Source: Candidatus Zhuqueibacterota bacterium (lineage in GTDB: Bacteria; Zhuqueibacterota; Zhuqueibacteria; Thermofontimicrobiales; Thermofontimicrobiaceae). From it: a stretch of 64,000 nt of DNA. How positions within the stretch are numbered: the first letter of the stretch is position 1; each line of letters starts with the position of its first letter. Position numbers and translations under genes: made by a program. This document shows, piece after piece, positions 47,373 to 58,165 of this stretch. The stretch lies in NCBI GenBank assembly GCA_049322915.1, contig JBMOPW010000035.1:64001-128000 (forward strand), given 5' to 3'. The notes under the pieces were generated by a model. It had not been told where the DNA came from. It was given only the letters and a program-made list of their open reading frames with translations, and made no database searches.

Positions 47373-48722
47373 TTATTCCCCCCGATTCAACCGCTCCATC
47401 ATGGAATACAATTTCCGGCGGGTAATGCCCAACAATTGAGCAGCGCGGGTTTTATTGCCGGCTGCTTTTTTAATGGCATTCTGAATCAATGTCTTCTCCA
47501 CATCATCGATGGAGATACCCTGTTCAGGAATATCCAGCGGAATCAGGAGAGCGCTGTCCGGTACACCCTGAATTTGAATGGGCAGCAGATCCGGGGTGAT
47601 GGGCTCATCCCCGGCCAGAATAATCATGCGCTCGATGATATTTTCCAATTCGCGGATATTGCCGGGCCAGTGATAATTCATGAGGGCGCGCAGCGTGGAC
47701 GCATCGATTTTGTCTGCCGGCATGTCGTTCTTTTTGAGAAAATGATCGACCAGTTCCGGAATGTCCTCTTTGCGTTCGCGCAGCGGGGGAAGATAGATAG
47801 GAAACACATTGAGTCGGTAGTACAGGTCCTCGCGGAACGTCTCGTTCCGGATCAGCTCTTCCAGATTGCGGTTGGTGGCGGCAATGGTTCGAACATCGAC
47901 CTGGACTGGCGCTTCTCCGCCCAATCGCGTCAACTCCCTCGATTGCAGCACGCGCAACAATTTCACCTGCGTCGCCGGCGCAATATCGCCAATTTCGTCC
48001 AGAAACAGACTGCCGCCCGAGGCCAGTTCGAAGCGACCCAGCTTCTGTCTCTCCGCGCCGGTGAACGCGCCTTTCTCGTGACCGAACAATTCGCTCTCCA
48101 GCAGCGTCTCCGGCAGCGCAGCGCAGTTCACAGCGATTATGGGCCTGGACGCCCGCGGACTCAAATTGTGAATGGCCTGCGCGATCAATTCCTTCCCGGT
48201 GCCACTCTCGCCGCGGATCAACACCGTAGCGTCCCGCGGCGCAACCTTTTCCACCATCTGATACACCCGGCTCATGGCTTCGCTCTGGCCGATGATATTT
48301 TTGATGGAGTACTTGTCCTTCAGTTGGTCTTTGAGCGCCACATTTTCGTGAGCCAATTCTTTCCCCCGGAGGATCTGCTTCACTTTCAATTTGATCTCCA
48401 CCATTTCGAACGGCTTGATGAGATAATCATAAGCTCCCTTGCGCATGGCTTCCACAGCGGTCGGTGCCGTGGCGAACGCGGTCATCAACACCACCTCCGT
48501 CTCCGGCGACGATTTTTTCACCTCTTCCAGCACCTGGATGCCGTCTTTCCCTGGCATTTTCAAATCGGTAATGACAATGTCAAAATCCCCTTTGAGAAAT
48601 TTCGCCACGCCGGAATCCCCGTCGTAGGCCAATTCCACGCTATGATTGTCCAATTCCAGCGCCGCTTTCAGCACGTGACACATTCGCTTTTCATTGTCGA
48701 TGATTAAGATTTTCCCGCTCAT
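47373..48722 (-). CDS. NtrC-family sigma-54 response regulator
   Basis: REC, GESGTGKE, GAFTGA, HTH; start moved to MSGKILIID. Confidence 0.92.
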   Translation of the reverse strand: MSGKILIIDNEKRMCHVLKAALELDNHSVELAYDGDSGVAKFLKGDFDIVITDLKMPGKDGIQVLEEVKKSSPETEVVLMTAFATAPTAVEAMRKGAYDYLIKPFEMVEIKLKVKQILRGKELAHENVALKDQLKDKYSIKNIIGQSEAMSRVYQMVEKVAPRDATVLIRGESGTGKELIAQAIHNLSPRASRPIIAVNCAALPETLLESELFGHEKGAFTGAERQKLGRFELASGGSLFLDEIGDIAPATQVKLLRVLQSRELTRLGGEAPVQVDVRTIAATNRNLEELIRNETFREDLYYRLNVFPIYLPPLRERKEDIPELVDHFLKKNDMPADKIDASTLRALMNYHWPGNIRELENIIERMIILAGDEPITPDLLPIQIQGVPDSALLIPLDIPEQGISIDDVEKTLIQNAIKKAAGNKTRAAQLLGITRRKLYSMMERLNRGE

Positions 48723-48732
48723 GTCCTTTTCC

Positions 48733-50118
48733 TTATCGCATGGGTAAATAAAACCGGAAGGATGTCCACTGGTCCTGATTGGTTTCCACTTCAATGCGGC
48801 CGCCATGCTTTTCAACAATCTGTTTGCTGATGGCCAGACCGAGGCCGCTGCCCGATGATTTCGTCGTGTAAAATGGCTCGAACACTTTCGTCGCATCCCC
48901 GTCGATGCCCGGCCCATTATCGACAACGGCTACCCGGGCGTAGACGCCATTTTTCACTTTCACCCGATTGACCTGAATTTTAATGACGCCCAGATTTTCA
49001 ACAGCCTGGTACGCATTGATAAGCAGATTGATGAGCACCTGCTGGATGGCGTTGGCGTCGAAAGCGAATGAATCGAGCTTGTCCGGCGCCTGGACAGAAA
49101 TATCCACCTGCTTTTCAGAATCATCCCGCTCCATCGCCGCCACTGCCTTTTCCACCACGTCGATCAAATTTGCGCTCTTCAGATCCAGCTTCGGCTCCCG
49201 GGCGAACGACAGAAAATGATTGACCAGCGTGTTGAGCCGCCTCACTTCAGCGGAAATGTAATCGAACAATTCGTCCGAAGTATTCTCCCGGGAATACTTC
49301 TCCTTGAGCACATCGGCCGTGCCTTTGATGATGCCCAGTGGATTGCGGATTTCGTGCGCCACGGAAGCCGCCATCTGTCCCATCACCGCCAGCCGCTCTT
49401 TCTGCTGCAACGACTGGTGCGTGCGAATGAGCAGGGTTATCAGCCACGAGATGAAAAATGCAAAGATCACGATGAGCCCGAGACTCAGCAGGCTGCCGAA
49501 GATCAGCCCGCGCTTGAACATCGCGAGCAACTGGAAAAAATCGGCGTTTGCCTCCAGCACCAGAATCGCCGGCACTTCGAGAAATTCATTGGTGAGCGGC
49601 GCATAGACATTTTTGAACCGATTGCCTTCGACCAGATGGATGGGAGAAACAGAGATATTGCCCAGCCAGGCGGAATCGATCACGGCGATGTCCTGACTCA
49701 AATAGGTCCGCTGGTTGCCAAAAAAACTGTGGCGGCCATCGTCCAGAACCACCTGATTGGTCCGGTCGATGATATAGGCTGCCTCCAGCTCCTGCTGGTC
49801 GAGCAGCCGGGTCAGTTCCGGCTGAATGAGCCCGCGCCGCCATCGCTCGTCCTCGCTGGCGATGATCGCTTCCACATCGCTGGTGTTGATATTGCGCACC
49901 ATCAGCCCGGCAATGGAAATGAGCCGCTTCTCCAACTCTTTCTCCAGGAAATGCTGCATGCGATACAGGAAAAACCAGCTTCCCAGGTTGAATAGCACCA
50001 GCATGATGACGGTGGAGAAAACCAGGAACCGGAGATAAAATTTTCGTTTTTGAAGCAGACGCTCTTCTGTGTTCAACGTCCCGGTCACGATTTGTCCTCT
50101 CCGAATAGTCTCAGCCAT
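48733..50118 (-). CDS. Sensor histidine kinase
   Basis: Two TM, AHEIRNP, DNGPG, GSGLGL; start uncertain. Confidence 0.9.
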   Translation of the reverse strand: MAETIRRGQIVTGTLNTEERLLQKRKFYLRFLVFSTVIMLVLFNLGSWFFLYRMQHFLEKELEKRLISIAGLMVRNINTSDVEAIIASEDERWRRGLIQPELTRLLDQQELEAAYIIDRTNQVVLDDGRHSFFGNQRTYLSQDIAVIDSAWLGNISVSPIHLVEGNRFKNVYAPLTNEFLEVPAILVLEANADFFQLLAMFKRGLIFGSLLSLGLIVIFAFFISWLITLLIRTHQSLQQKERLAVMGQMAASVAHEIRNPLGIIKGTADVLKEKYSRENTSDELFDYISAEVRRLNTLVNHFLSFAREPKLDLKSANLIDVVEKAVAAMERDDSEKQVDISVQAPDKLDSFAFDANAIQQVLINLLINAYQAVENLGVIKIQVNRVKVKNGVYARVAVVDNGPGIDGDATKVFEPFYTTKSSGSGLGLAISKQIVEKHGGRIEVETNQDQWTSFRFYLPMR

Positions 50119-50576
50119 TCGTCCAATTGCTTCGGTGTCACTTCATCAGTGTACTTTTGATTCAGAGAATCCTGGAGCGGCGGTTTGAAGATCCGGGAAT
50201 AGAACTCCTCCGGGGACATGGTCTGTGCGCCATTCTGCCGGGCATAAAAAATGAGGTCATTATCCGCAGACACCAGATGCAGCGATCGCTTGTCGCCTGC
50301 GTCCCGGATCAGTTTTTTGATCACAGGGTCCGCTTTCTCCGGCGGCTTGGAATAAATCACGCGGGGCCATTGCGGCGTTGGCCCGGTCGTCGCGGACGGT
50401 CTGATTTGGTCGCCGTCGAAGACAACCGTACATTGAATCGCATGGCCGGAGCGATAGGTCTGAAGCAGGCTCAGCAGGATGTTTCTGGCGTGTTCCAGGC
50501 TTTTGCCCAGCGCATCCCGAAGCCGCGGGACCAGGTGAATCATATTATACCCGTCGATGATGTAATGCGGATTCAT
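50085..50576 (-). CDS. NYN-domain (YacP/Rae1-like) ribonuclease
   Basis: IIDGYN, VVFDG, AD, VSAD motifs. Confidence 0.8.
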   Translation of the reverse strand: MNPHYIIDGYNMIHLVPRLRDALGKSLEHARNILLSLLQTYRSGHAIQCTVVFDGDQIRPSATTGPTPQWPRVIYSKPPEKADPVIKKLIRDAGDKRSLHLVSADNDLIFYARQNGAQTMSPEEFYSRIFKPPLQDSLNQKYTDEVTPKQLDEWLRLFGEDKS

Positions 50577-50584
50577 GGCGAATC

Positions 50585-52762
50585 TCACTTGCTCCGTAAT
50601 TCAAAAACCCCGTCCCAATCTTCCGAGCGCGGATGTTCGATGAAGATCTTGCAGCGCCGCACAAATTCCTGAGACGGACCATCGGCCGGATTGAGCGACA
50701 GCGCCTTTTGAAATAAATTATAGGCGCGAATCCAGTCGCGGTCGCGGTACATTTCCAGACCTTTGACAAAATACTCCAGGCTGCTGGAGAGCACGGGATT
50801 GATGTTATCCGATTTTCTATCGATGACTTCATAAATACGCACCGGCCGCTTCTTGCCTTTGACGCGAATGAAATCCAGTTCTCGACACCATATTTTTTCG
50901 TGGATGAGCTGGAACGTGTCCTCGCTGATCATGATGGATGTGCCGTACATTTTATTGGCGCCCTCCAGCCGCGACGCCAGATTGACGCTATCGCCAATGG
51001 CTGTGTAATCGAACCGATTTTTACTGCCGATATTGCCGGCAATCATCGGCCCGGAATTGATGCCGATTCGTTTTTCGAACATCGGTTTGCCCTCTTTGGC
51101 CCACCGTTTTCGCAGCTCGACCAATTCCTTCTGCATGTCCAGCGCCGCGTAACAGGCGCGCAGGGCGTGATCCTCCTGTGGCACCGGAATGCCGAAAATC
51201 GCCACGATGGCATCGCCTTCATATTTGTCCAGATAGCCCTCGTACGTCAGCACAATCTCCGTCATCACGGACAGATATTCATTGAGCACAGCCACCAGAT
51301 TCTCCGGCTCCAGGTTTTCCGAGACAGTGGTAAAGTTTTTGATATCCGAGAAGAACGCTGTGGCGACTTTTCGCTCGCCTCCCAACTTGAGCATGTTGGG
51401 ATCTTTGAGCAATTCATTCACCACTGTCGCTGAAATATAATTCTGGAACATACCTTTGATTTTACGCTTGTCTTTCAGTTCATCGATATAGCGGTAGCTG
51501 ATCACCGCGATGTAGCAGAAAATGATGCCGATGATGGGGCGGACATTTTCCACCCAGAGATTTCTATTTTCAAAGGCGATGAACGTCATGTAGATGAAAC
51601 CAGCGGCGATGAGCAGGATGATGGGAATATTGATGCGCATTTTGAAAAATGGCGCAATGGCGCCGATGGCGATGCACAATAAAATGAGCGTGATATGACT
51701 GATGTGCTTGGAATTTTCATAAATATAATCCTGCGTGAGGATGTTGCAGAGAATATTGGCATGAATTTCCACGCCGGGGAATGCGCTCTGAAACGGCACC
51801 GGACGCAGGTCGTACAGCCCGGCAGCCGACGCACCGACGATCACCACTTTGCCGTCAAAAAATTCCGGCGGGACGCGGTTGGTGTACACATCGTAAAAGG
51901 ATACGTAGCGAAACGTCTGGTACGAGCCTTTGTAATTGATCAACAAGTACCCGTTATCATCGATGGGGATATCCCGAATTTCGCTACCATCTCCTGATTT
52001 AATTTTGAGCCGGATGAACTCGCCGGGCCGAATTTCGATCTGGTCGGGCTGAATGTCGTACAGATAAATCACCATGGCCATGGCCAGCGACGGATAGAGC
52101 CGGCCGGCGAAATTCATGAAGAGAGGCATTTTTCGGATGACACTGTCATCGTCCGGCTGGAAGTTGGCAAATCCCAATTTTTGTGAGGCGTTGTACAGTG
52201 GAATCAATTTGCCATCGAAGCGATCGACCTGGGGAAATTGCGCCACAATATGCTGTGGAAATTCATACGAAAACCGAAGCGTATCCAGTCCGGCCGGCGC
52301 CGCATCCATTTTATAGAGGAATGCCTCCGGCTCCGCTTTGGAGAATGACAGAGCGTGCACCACGTTGTTGGCTTTTTGGGTCGCGCGGACCAGCATGGTA
52401 TCGGCCACACGGTCGATATCCTGTTCCATGAACAGCATATCGAATCCCAGCACCAGCGTGCCAGCCTCGGCCATGCTCGTGCTGATCTGCGCGTAATAAT
52501 CGCGCGGCCACTGATGAAACCGGCCCAGTTTATTCAAGCTGCGATTGTCAATGTCAACGACGACAATATCATCGATAGTCTGGCCGGCGCGCTCGGCTTC
52601 CAGCTTGCGGATCTTGGTCGAGTAGCGCAGATCCAGGCTTTTAGATTCAAAATTATCGAATATATCAGGGAAGAAAACTTCGGTGATTAGAATGATTGCG
52701 ATGGCCGTTGTCAGTCCCAGTCCAACCCCAAAAATCAAACGCCGTAAAAGAGTTTTGCCCAT
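50585..52762 (-). CDS. CHASE2-domain adenylate/guanylate cyclase
   Basis: VVDID..WPR, PGVEIHA, FFSDIKNFT, DKYEGDA, GDSVNLASRLE. Confidence 0.92.
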   Translation of the reverse strand: MGKTLLRRLIFGVGLGLTTAIAIILITEVFFPDIFDNFESKSLDLRYSTKIRKLEAERAGQTIDDIVVVDIDNRSLNKLGRFHQWPRDYYAQISTSMAEAGTLVLGFDMLFMEQDIDRVADTMLVRATQKANNVVHALSFSKAEPEAFLYKMDAAPAGLDTLRFSYEFPQHIVAQFPQVDRFDGKLIPLYNASQKLGFANFQPDDDSVIRKMPLFMNFAGRLYPSLAMAMVIYLYDIQPDQIEIRPGEFIRLKIKSGDGSEIRDIPIDDNGYLLINYKGSYQTFRYVSFYDVYTNRVPPEFFDGKVVIVGASAAGLYDLRPVPFQSAFPGVEIHANILCNILTQDYIYENSKHISHITLILLCIAIGAIAPFFKMRINIPIILLIAAGFIYMTFIAFENRNLWVENVRPIIGIIFCYIAVISYRYIDELKDKRKIKGMFQNYISATVVNELLKDPNMLKLGGERKVATAFFSDIKNFTTVSENLEPENLVAVLNEYLSVMTEIVLTYEGYLDKYEGDAIVAIFGIPVPQEDHALRACYAALDMQKELVELRKRWAKEGKPMFEKRIGINSGPMIAGNIGSKNRFDYTAIGDSVNLASRLEGANKMYGTSIMISEDTFQLIHEKIWCRELDFIRVKGKKRPVRIYEVIDRKSDNINPVLSSSLEYFVKGLEMYRDRDWIRAYNLFQKALSLNPADGPSQEFVRRCKIFIEHPRSEDWDGVFELRSK

Positions 52763-52825
52763 GGATCGCTCCCATTAAATTAGTGATTCCTCGCAATTGA
52801 ACTCAGGTTCATGGCGCATGTGAAT

Positions 52826-53617
52826 CTATTTCTCCAACAACTCGCCGTAATAAATGAACGCCACCTGTCCGACGAGCTTTATTTCCGAAATCGATTCATC
52901 AAAATCAACCTGCAACACGCCGCCGGGTGCGTGCACGGTGATAGGCCGGCGCATTCCGCGCTGTTTCACGGCCAGAATCGCCGACGAAACCGTGCCTGTC
53001 CCGCACGCAAGCGTCTCCTCCTCCACACCGCGTTCGTAGGTTCGCAGCTTCATGGTTCGGTCGTCCAGAATTTGAGCAAAATTTGTATTCGTGCCCCACG
53101 GCTGGAACGCCGCGTGATGACGATATTTCCGGCCAATTCGCTCCACATCCACCCGGTCCACGTCCGGCACAAATAGCACATAATGGGGCACGCCCACATT
53201 CACGTACCCACCCTCGGCGAAGTCCGGCTCTTCCACGACGCCAGGGTTTTCCCGAACCTCCACCGGCGCCGGCATGGTGAGGCTCACCCAATCGTCGCGG
53301 ACTTCAGCGCGGTATTCCACGCCCAGCACATCAAAGCGCACCGCGGCCGGAGCGATGTTGTGTTTGAATGCATAATACGCTGCTGCGCGCGCGCCATTGC
53401 CGCACATCTCTCCGATGTAACCGTCGGAGTTGTAATAGACAAGGGAGAAATCGCTGACAGCGCTGCGCTGAATGAGCAAAATACCATCCGCTCCAACCGA
53501 GCGTCGGCGCTGGCAGATGCGGTGAAAAAACGCATGCTCGTCGCCTCGCAGCCGGCCGTCGCGATTGTCGATGAGAATGAAGTCATTGCCGGTGGCTGAT
53601 ATCTTTGTAAATTGCAT
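52826..53617 (-). CDS. dapF: Diaminopimelate epimerase
   Basis: GNDF, GADG, EMCGNG, GVPH, RTYERGVEEETLACGTG. Confidence 0.95.
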   Translation of the reverse strand: MQFTKISATGNDFILIDNRDGRLRGDEHAFFHRICQRRRSVGADGILLIQRSAVSDFSLVYYNSDGYIGEMCGNGARAAAYYAFKHNIAPAAVRFDVLGVEYRAEVRDDWVSLTMPAPVEVRENPGVVEEPDFAEGGYVNVGVPHYVLFVPDVDRVDVERIGRKYRHHAAFQPWGTNTNFAQILDDRTMKLRTYERGVEEETLACGTGTVSSAILAVKQRGMRRPITVHAPGGVLQVDFDESISEIKLVGQVAFIYYGELLEK

Positions 53618-53636
53618 CGTTGATCTTTCGGTCTTG

Positions 53637-53713
53637 GGAATACACATTGTCTTGCCTCAATAAAGTGAGAAGCGAGAGGCGAGAAGTAACTTTGGAACAC
53701 ACATTGTCTTGCC
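53637..53713. repeat. 20-bp direct repeat pair
   Basis: GGAA(T/C)ACACATTGTCTTGCC at 53637-56 and 53694-713, with a 37-bp spacer. Confidence 0.7.
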
Positions 53714-53851
53714 GGAATCCATCCAGCCAGACCATTGGAAATTCTGTACCGGTTCAATTTCATCCCCCGGAACACTTTGCTGATTCGATGGCCAGGATGC
53801 TTCAGCCGCTCCATCCCGGTGAATTGAGTTCGAATTATCGAATCGACATTT

Positions 53852-55108
53852 CTACAGCAGATCCTCCACCCGCTCGCGTTCCCGAATGACTTCGGCGCTG
53901 GCGCCATCCACCCATACCTCTGCCGGGCGCGGCCGGGTATTGTAGTTGCTGGACAGAGAATAGCCATACGCCCCAGCGGACATGACGGATAGTAAATCGC
54001 CGCGTTTCATCCGGGGCAGCATTCTCTCTTTTGCAAGAAAATCGCCAGTCTCGCATATCGGCCCAACCACATCGGCCATCTCTCTGGCGCTGGTGTCGTG
54101 GCGCAGCGGCACGATTTGATGATAGGCGCCGTACAGGCTGGGACGGATCAAATCGTTCATCCCGGCATCGACGACGATGAATTTTTTATCCCGCGATTCC
54201 TTCACATACAGCACGCGGGTCATCAGCGCGCCGGTCTCGGCGATAATGGAGCGGCCCGGTTCAAACAGAATTTCGCAATTCAATGGGCTCAGCACTTCGA
54301 TCACTTTCCGGGCTAGATCGTCCGGGTGAGGGACTGCTTCCTCCGCTGGCTCGGCGTACTCCGGGATCAGGTCAGGATAATGGACGCCCAGTCCGCCGCC
54401 AATGTCGACATGCTGGATGCGAATCCCTTCGTCCCTGAGCTGGTTGACAAAATTGAAGAGCTTCTTCGCGGTGGCCACATAATATTCCAGATTCAAAATC
54501 TGGGAGCCGATGTGACAATGAACTCCGACAATCTCGATGCCGGCCATGCCATGCGCCTGTTTGAAAACTTCCAACGCCTGATTGATGTCAATGCCGAATT
54601 TATTGATGGATTTGCCGGTGGAAATATAGGGATGGCCGTGAATATCGATGTCCGGATTCACGCGGATGGCGACCGGCGCCTTCCTGCCCATGCGCTGCGC
54701 GATGGCGTCGATGATTTCCAGTTCAGGAATCGACTCCACATTGAAAGCAAGGATGCCGCTCTGTATGCCATATTTGATCTCTTCGTCGGTCTTGCCAACG
54801 CCGGCGTAGACAATTTTATTGGCCGGAATGCCGGCTTTCAGAAATAGAAATAATTCCCCTCCGGACACCACATCGCCGCCGCTGCCCAGCGAGGCCATGA
54901 GCTTCAGAATCTGGAAATTAGAATTTGCCTTGGCCGCATAGCAGACCACGTGGTTCACCGGTGCAAAGGCTTTATCGATGGTTTGATAGTTCCCGACGAT
55001 CATTTTTTTGCTGTACACATACAATGGCGTGCCGTGCTCTGCAGCCAGGTCAGCCATTTTCACTTCATCACAATAAAACTCATTGTTTTGATACCGAAAC
55101 AGATTCAT
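53852..55108 (-). CDS. lysA: Diaminopimelate decarboxylase
   Basis: GTPLYVY, YAAKAN, HIGSQ, EPGR, GPICETGD, GAYG..SSNYN. Confidence 0.96.
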   Translation of the reverse strand: MNLFRYQNNEFYCDEVKMADLAAEHGTPLYVYSKKMIVGNYQTIDKAFAPVNHVVCYAAKANSNFQILKLMASLGSGGDVVSGGELFLFLKAGIPANKIVYAGVGKTDEEIKYGIQSGILAFNVESIPELEIIDAIAQRMGRKAPVAIRVNPDIDIHGHPYISTGKSINKFGIDINQALEVFKQAHGMAGIEIVGVHCHIGSQILNLEYYVATAKKLFNFVNQLRDEGIRIQHVDIGGGLGVHYPDLIPEYAEPAEEAVPHPDDLARKVIEVLSPLNCEILFEPGRSIIAETGALMTRVLYVKESRDKKFIVVDAGMNDLIRPSLYGAYHQIVPLRHDTSAREMADVVGPICETGDFLAKERMLPRMKRGDLLSVMSAGAYGYSLSSNYNTRPRPAEVWVDGASAEVIRERERVEDLL

Positions 55109-55298
55109 AGTCTCTCCACTTCTTCAGTTAATGTTCCATCATCGTGACAATGGCGGCCAGCGTCCGTCCTGGTGACGACCATCAGAGGCGCTCCAGTTTC
55201 GCTGACTGCACCGACTTCGCGTCGCGTTATTATCAATCCTAAGTATGAATGTTCGGAATATCTATTGCCTCGCAAGTCAGTCAGGTCTCTCCTGCCAT

Positions 55299-56978
55299 TC
55301 ACTTTTTAAACATAATATCTTCGCCCTCGGTCGGCCATTGCGAGCGCACTTTTACCGAATCGGCATAAAAGACAAATCGTTCGGCTGGTTGAAACGGGAC
55401 GATTTTCCCGAAGCTGTAGACGCCGTTGCTGTCAGCGTCGCGAAAAGCCTGGATGGTGTAGACGCCAGGCAGGATGTTTTCGAAACGATAGGCCCCGGCA
55501 GAATCGACCATGATCGTATAGGAAAATTTTTCGCTCTGAGCGGTCACGTGAAATTTTCCAGTCGCGCCTTCATCCTCATCGGTTATTTTCCCGCGAATGG
55601 CCGTGAGTGTATCCGCATTCAGGGTTCTGAAATACACGCTGAACAGACTATCGGACAGGCTGTTCCCGGCGAGATCGCGCACCGAGTCGACCGGAGCGGA
55701 GATCAAATAACCGGTGAAACTTTTCAGCGCCGCGGCCGGGTGAAAGATGAACTCGGCCGGATTTTTCCATTCGAAAGCGCCCGAAATTTTCTCGCGCGAC
55801 TGATCCTCCACGTGGAAATGCGACTCGATACTCTCCCGCTGCATCGCTTCGGAAAACGCGAATCGTATCTCCGTGTTGAGTTCCACACCCTTGCTGCTGT
55901 CATCGATGCTCTTAAAATTCAATCGCGGTTGCAGCGTATCGGAAATTGTCTTGCCATCAAAGAAGATAGAGCAATAAGCAGTATCCAGGCCATTGCCGGC
56001 GAGGTCGAGAATCTGCTGAGCCGAAAGCTCGTAGGGTATCGCCGATTGGAGCGCCGTCGTCAAAATCACATGGGAAGGTTCTGTTGAATTTTGATAGCAC
56101 GACTTGATCGGCAAAATATCGTTCGGGTCTTGTTCGGACGCAATGGTGAAATAGCGCGCCGGGTTTTCGACCTGGAACGACGCTATAGCTTCGCTGAACC
56201 GAAGCGCGACGGTCGAATTATCCAGCGCCAGGGCCGATTTCACTTTCGGCCCGATCGTATCTTCAGCAGTCACCTTGAAATTCACACCCCTCACAAGCCG
56301 ATTATCCAGTGTCAATTGGACATCGCCGTTGGGAATGCCGATATTTTCCACACCTCGCGTGTATTTTCGATTCTTGTCTTTATCGCCAAATGCAAAAATC
56401 CGATAGCTGCCCGGCGCCACATACATCAAGGTGTAATCCCCTGTTTTGCTGCATTGCGTGTAATAGTCAGCTAAAATCTCCGCGGGATTGGGGTCAGTGC
56501 CGGCCAAAATCTGGTACGCGCACACCAGCATGCCTTCCACGCCGGAACTGCCATGCACTTTTCCGCTGATCTGGCCGGTGTCTATGATGTCCCCGGTCGA
56601 AAAAGCGATGGAAAACGATTCGCGCATTTTATTATTTCGCAAATCGCTGGTTTGAGCGCCCACTGTCAGCACATAGGTTTTTTGGGCTTTGAGGCTATCG
56701 CCGAATGTCAGGTTCAACTTCTCGCCGCGCCATTTGAATGTCATTTCTTCCGATGGCCAGGGCGAAATAAATATCGCATCCTCGACCGACTTCTTCGTGA
56801 CGGCCTCGCTGAACACAATCTGAACCGACGTATTCAACCGGACATTCGTCGTCCCGGCAGCCGGAGAGATGCTGATAATTTCGGGCGGCGCTGTATCGGT
56901 CGGTCCGCCGGATGGCGGCATCTGTTTCGCGCACCCGATAAACAGGATGATCAATAAAATACGATGGAGTGTCTTCAT
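55299..56978 (-). CDS. Ig-like (Big_5) domain lipoprotein
   Basis: Lipobox IGC followed by AKQMPPSGGP.D..PP; repeated FSE Ig-like domains. Confidence 0.8.
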   Translation of the reverse strand: MKTLHRILLIILFIGCAKQMPPSGGPTDTAPPEIISISPAAGTTNVRLNTSVQIVFSEAVTKKSVEDAIFISPWPSEEMTFKWRGEKLNLTFGDSLKAQKTYVLTVGAQTSDLRNNKMRESFSIAFSTGDIIDTGQISGKVHGSSGVEGMLVCAYQILAGTDPNPAEILADYYTQCSKTGDYTLMYVAPGSYRIFAFGDKDKNRKYTRGVENIGIPNGDVQLTLDNRLVRGVNFKVTAEDTIGPKVKSALALDNSTVALRFSEAIASFQVENPARYFTIASEQDPNDILPIKSCYQNSTEPSHVILTTALQSAIPYELSAQQILDLAGNGLDTAYCSIFFDGKTISDTLQPRLNFKSIDDSSKGVELNTEIRFAFSEAMQRESIESHFHVEDQSREKISGAFEWKNPAEFIFHPAAALKSFTGYLISAPVDSVRDLAGNSLSDSLFSVYFRTLNADTLTAIRGKITDEDEGATGKFHVTAQSEKFSYTIMVDSAGAYRFENILPGVYTIQAFRDADSNGVYSFGKIVPFQPAERFVFYADSVKVRSQWPTEGEDIMFKK

Positions 56979-57427
56979 GAAACCTGATGGTTAATGTTCA
57001 CCGCTGGAAATTGGACGTTCTGTCGCTGTAAAAAAAGTCACTGTCACAATCTTCACATCGCGGAAAAGCCATAATTTTAACAATAAAGCACATCTCGGTT
57101 GCTGTGGCGGATCGCGCTGGCAGTGCATACAGGCGCGACTCTGTCGTCATGCGACAGCATCGAGTTGATAACAATTTTTCAATCTATCCGAGGTGTAAAT
57201 CACTGTAAAAATAAATAAACCAAAGTCAAATAGCAAGGTTTTTTTAGAATATTTCTCAACGCCGCACGGGCGAAGCTCCCCATTATTTTGCTAAATTTCA
57301 GCATCTGTGAAACTGACAGACTGTTTAGATCGTTCTATAACTATCCGAAAATTAATAAATTTTTAGATTTCCCAGATTCAAAGCAACGACAGGTGGTGTC
57401 CAGTCGGAAACGCTCTTCGGAGGTAGT

Positions 57428-58120
57428 ATGATTTTTAAAACCAGACAATTCACTATTGGCATTTCTATCATCGTTATCGGGCTATTTGTGCTGCTCACAA
57501 ATCTGCAGGTCATTTCGTTCGATTCCCAATTCTACTGGGGACTGGCATTCCTGCTGCTAGGCGTTGTGTCGCTGAATATTTTCAGCTTGAACACCGTGCG
57601 ACGCGGCCGGCTGATTTTCGGGATCATTCTGATAATCATCGGTCTGCTGATGATTCTCGACTCCCTGAATTTCGTCCCGGATGGCGTTCAATCCGCTCTA
57701 TTCTTCTGGGCAGGCGCGGCGCTCTTTATCGCATTCTACATCCGCAACAATCGCCACTGGTGGAGCATCATACCCGGCGGATTATTCATCATCTTTGGAA
57801 CGCTCACTATACTCGAGGATTCCCGGCTATTCGAGGACGATATGTTATGGGTCGTCTTTCTCGCAGGCCTCAGCCTGATTTTCTGGTTTCTGTATTTGAT
57901 CAAAGACGAAGCCAATCAACTTGATTGGACGATTCGTCCGGCTCTTGTATTCACTATCATCACGGTCACGGTCATGTTCCTCACATGGACCGATCAATTC
58001 GAAGCCTTGTGGTTTCCGGTTGCTGTGATTCTCTTAGGCGGCTATCTGGTGATTTCGAAATTCATCTCTGGAAGCAATGATAAACCGCCCCATTCGGATG
58101 TCCCTCCCACGAATTCCTGA
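57428..58120 (+). CDS. Multi-pass membrane protein (LiaF/DUF5668-like repeats)
   Basis: About 8 hydrophobic helices; RBS GGAGG. Confidence 0.7.
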   Translation: MIFKTRQFTIGISIIVIGLFVLLTNLQVISFDSQFYWGLAFLLLGVVSLNIFSLNTVRRGRLIFGIILIIIGLLMILDSLNFVPDGVQSALFFWAGAALFIAFYIRNNRHWWSIIPGGLFIIFGTLTILEDSRLFEDDMLWVVFLAGLSLIFWFLYLIKDEANQLDWTIRPALVFTIITVTVMFLTWTDQFEALWFPVAVILLGGYLVISKFISGSNDKPPHSDVPPTNS

Positions 58121-58165
58121 TTCAATTTCTTACACCAATGACAGAATACCAAAGCGAGGCGATTC

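Noticed and set aside
53637..53713. Mini CRISPR array
   Set aside because: Only two short, non-palindromic repeats and no cas genes in the window.
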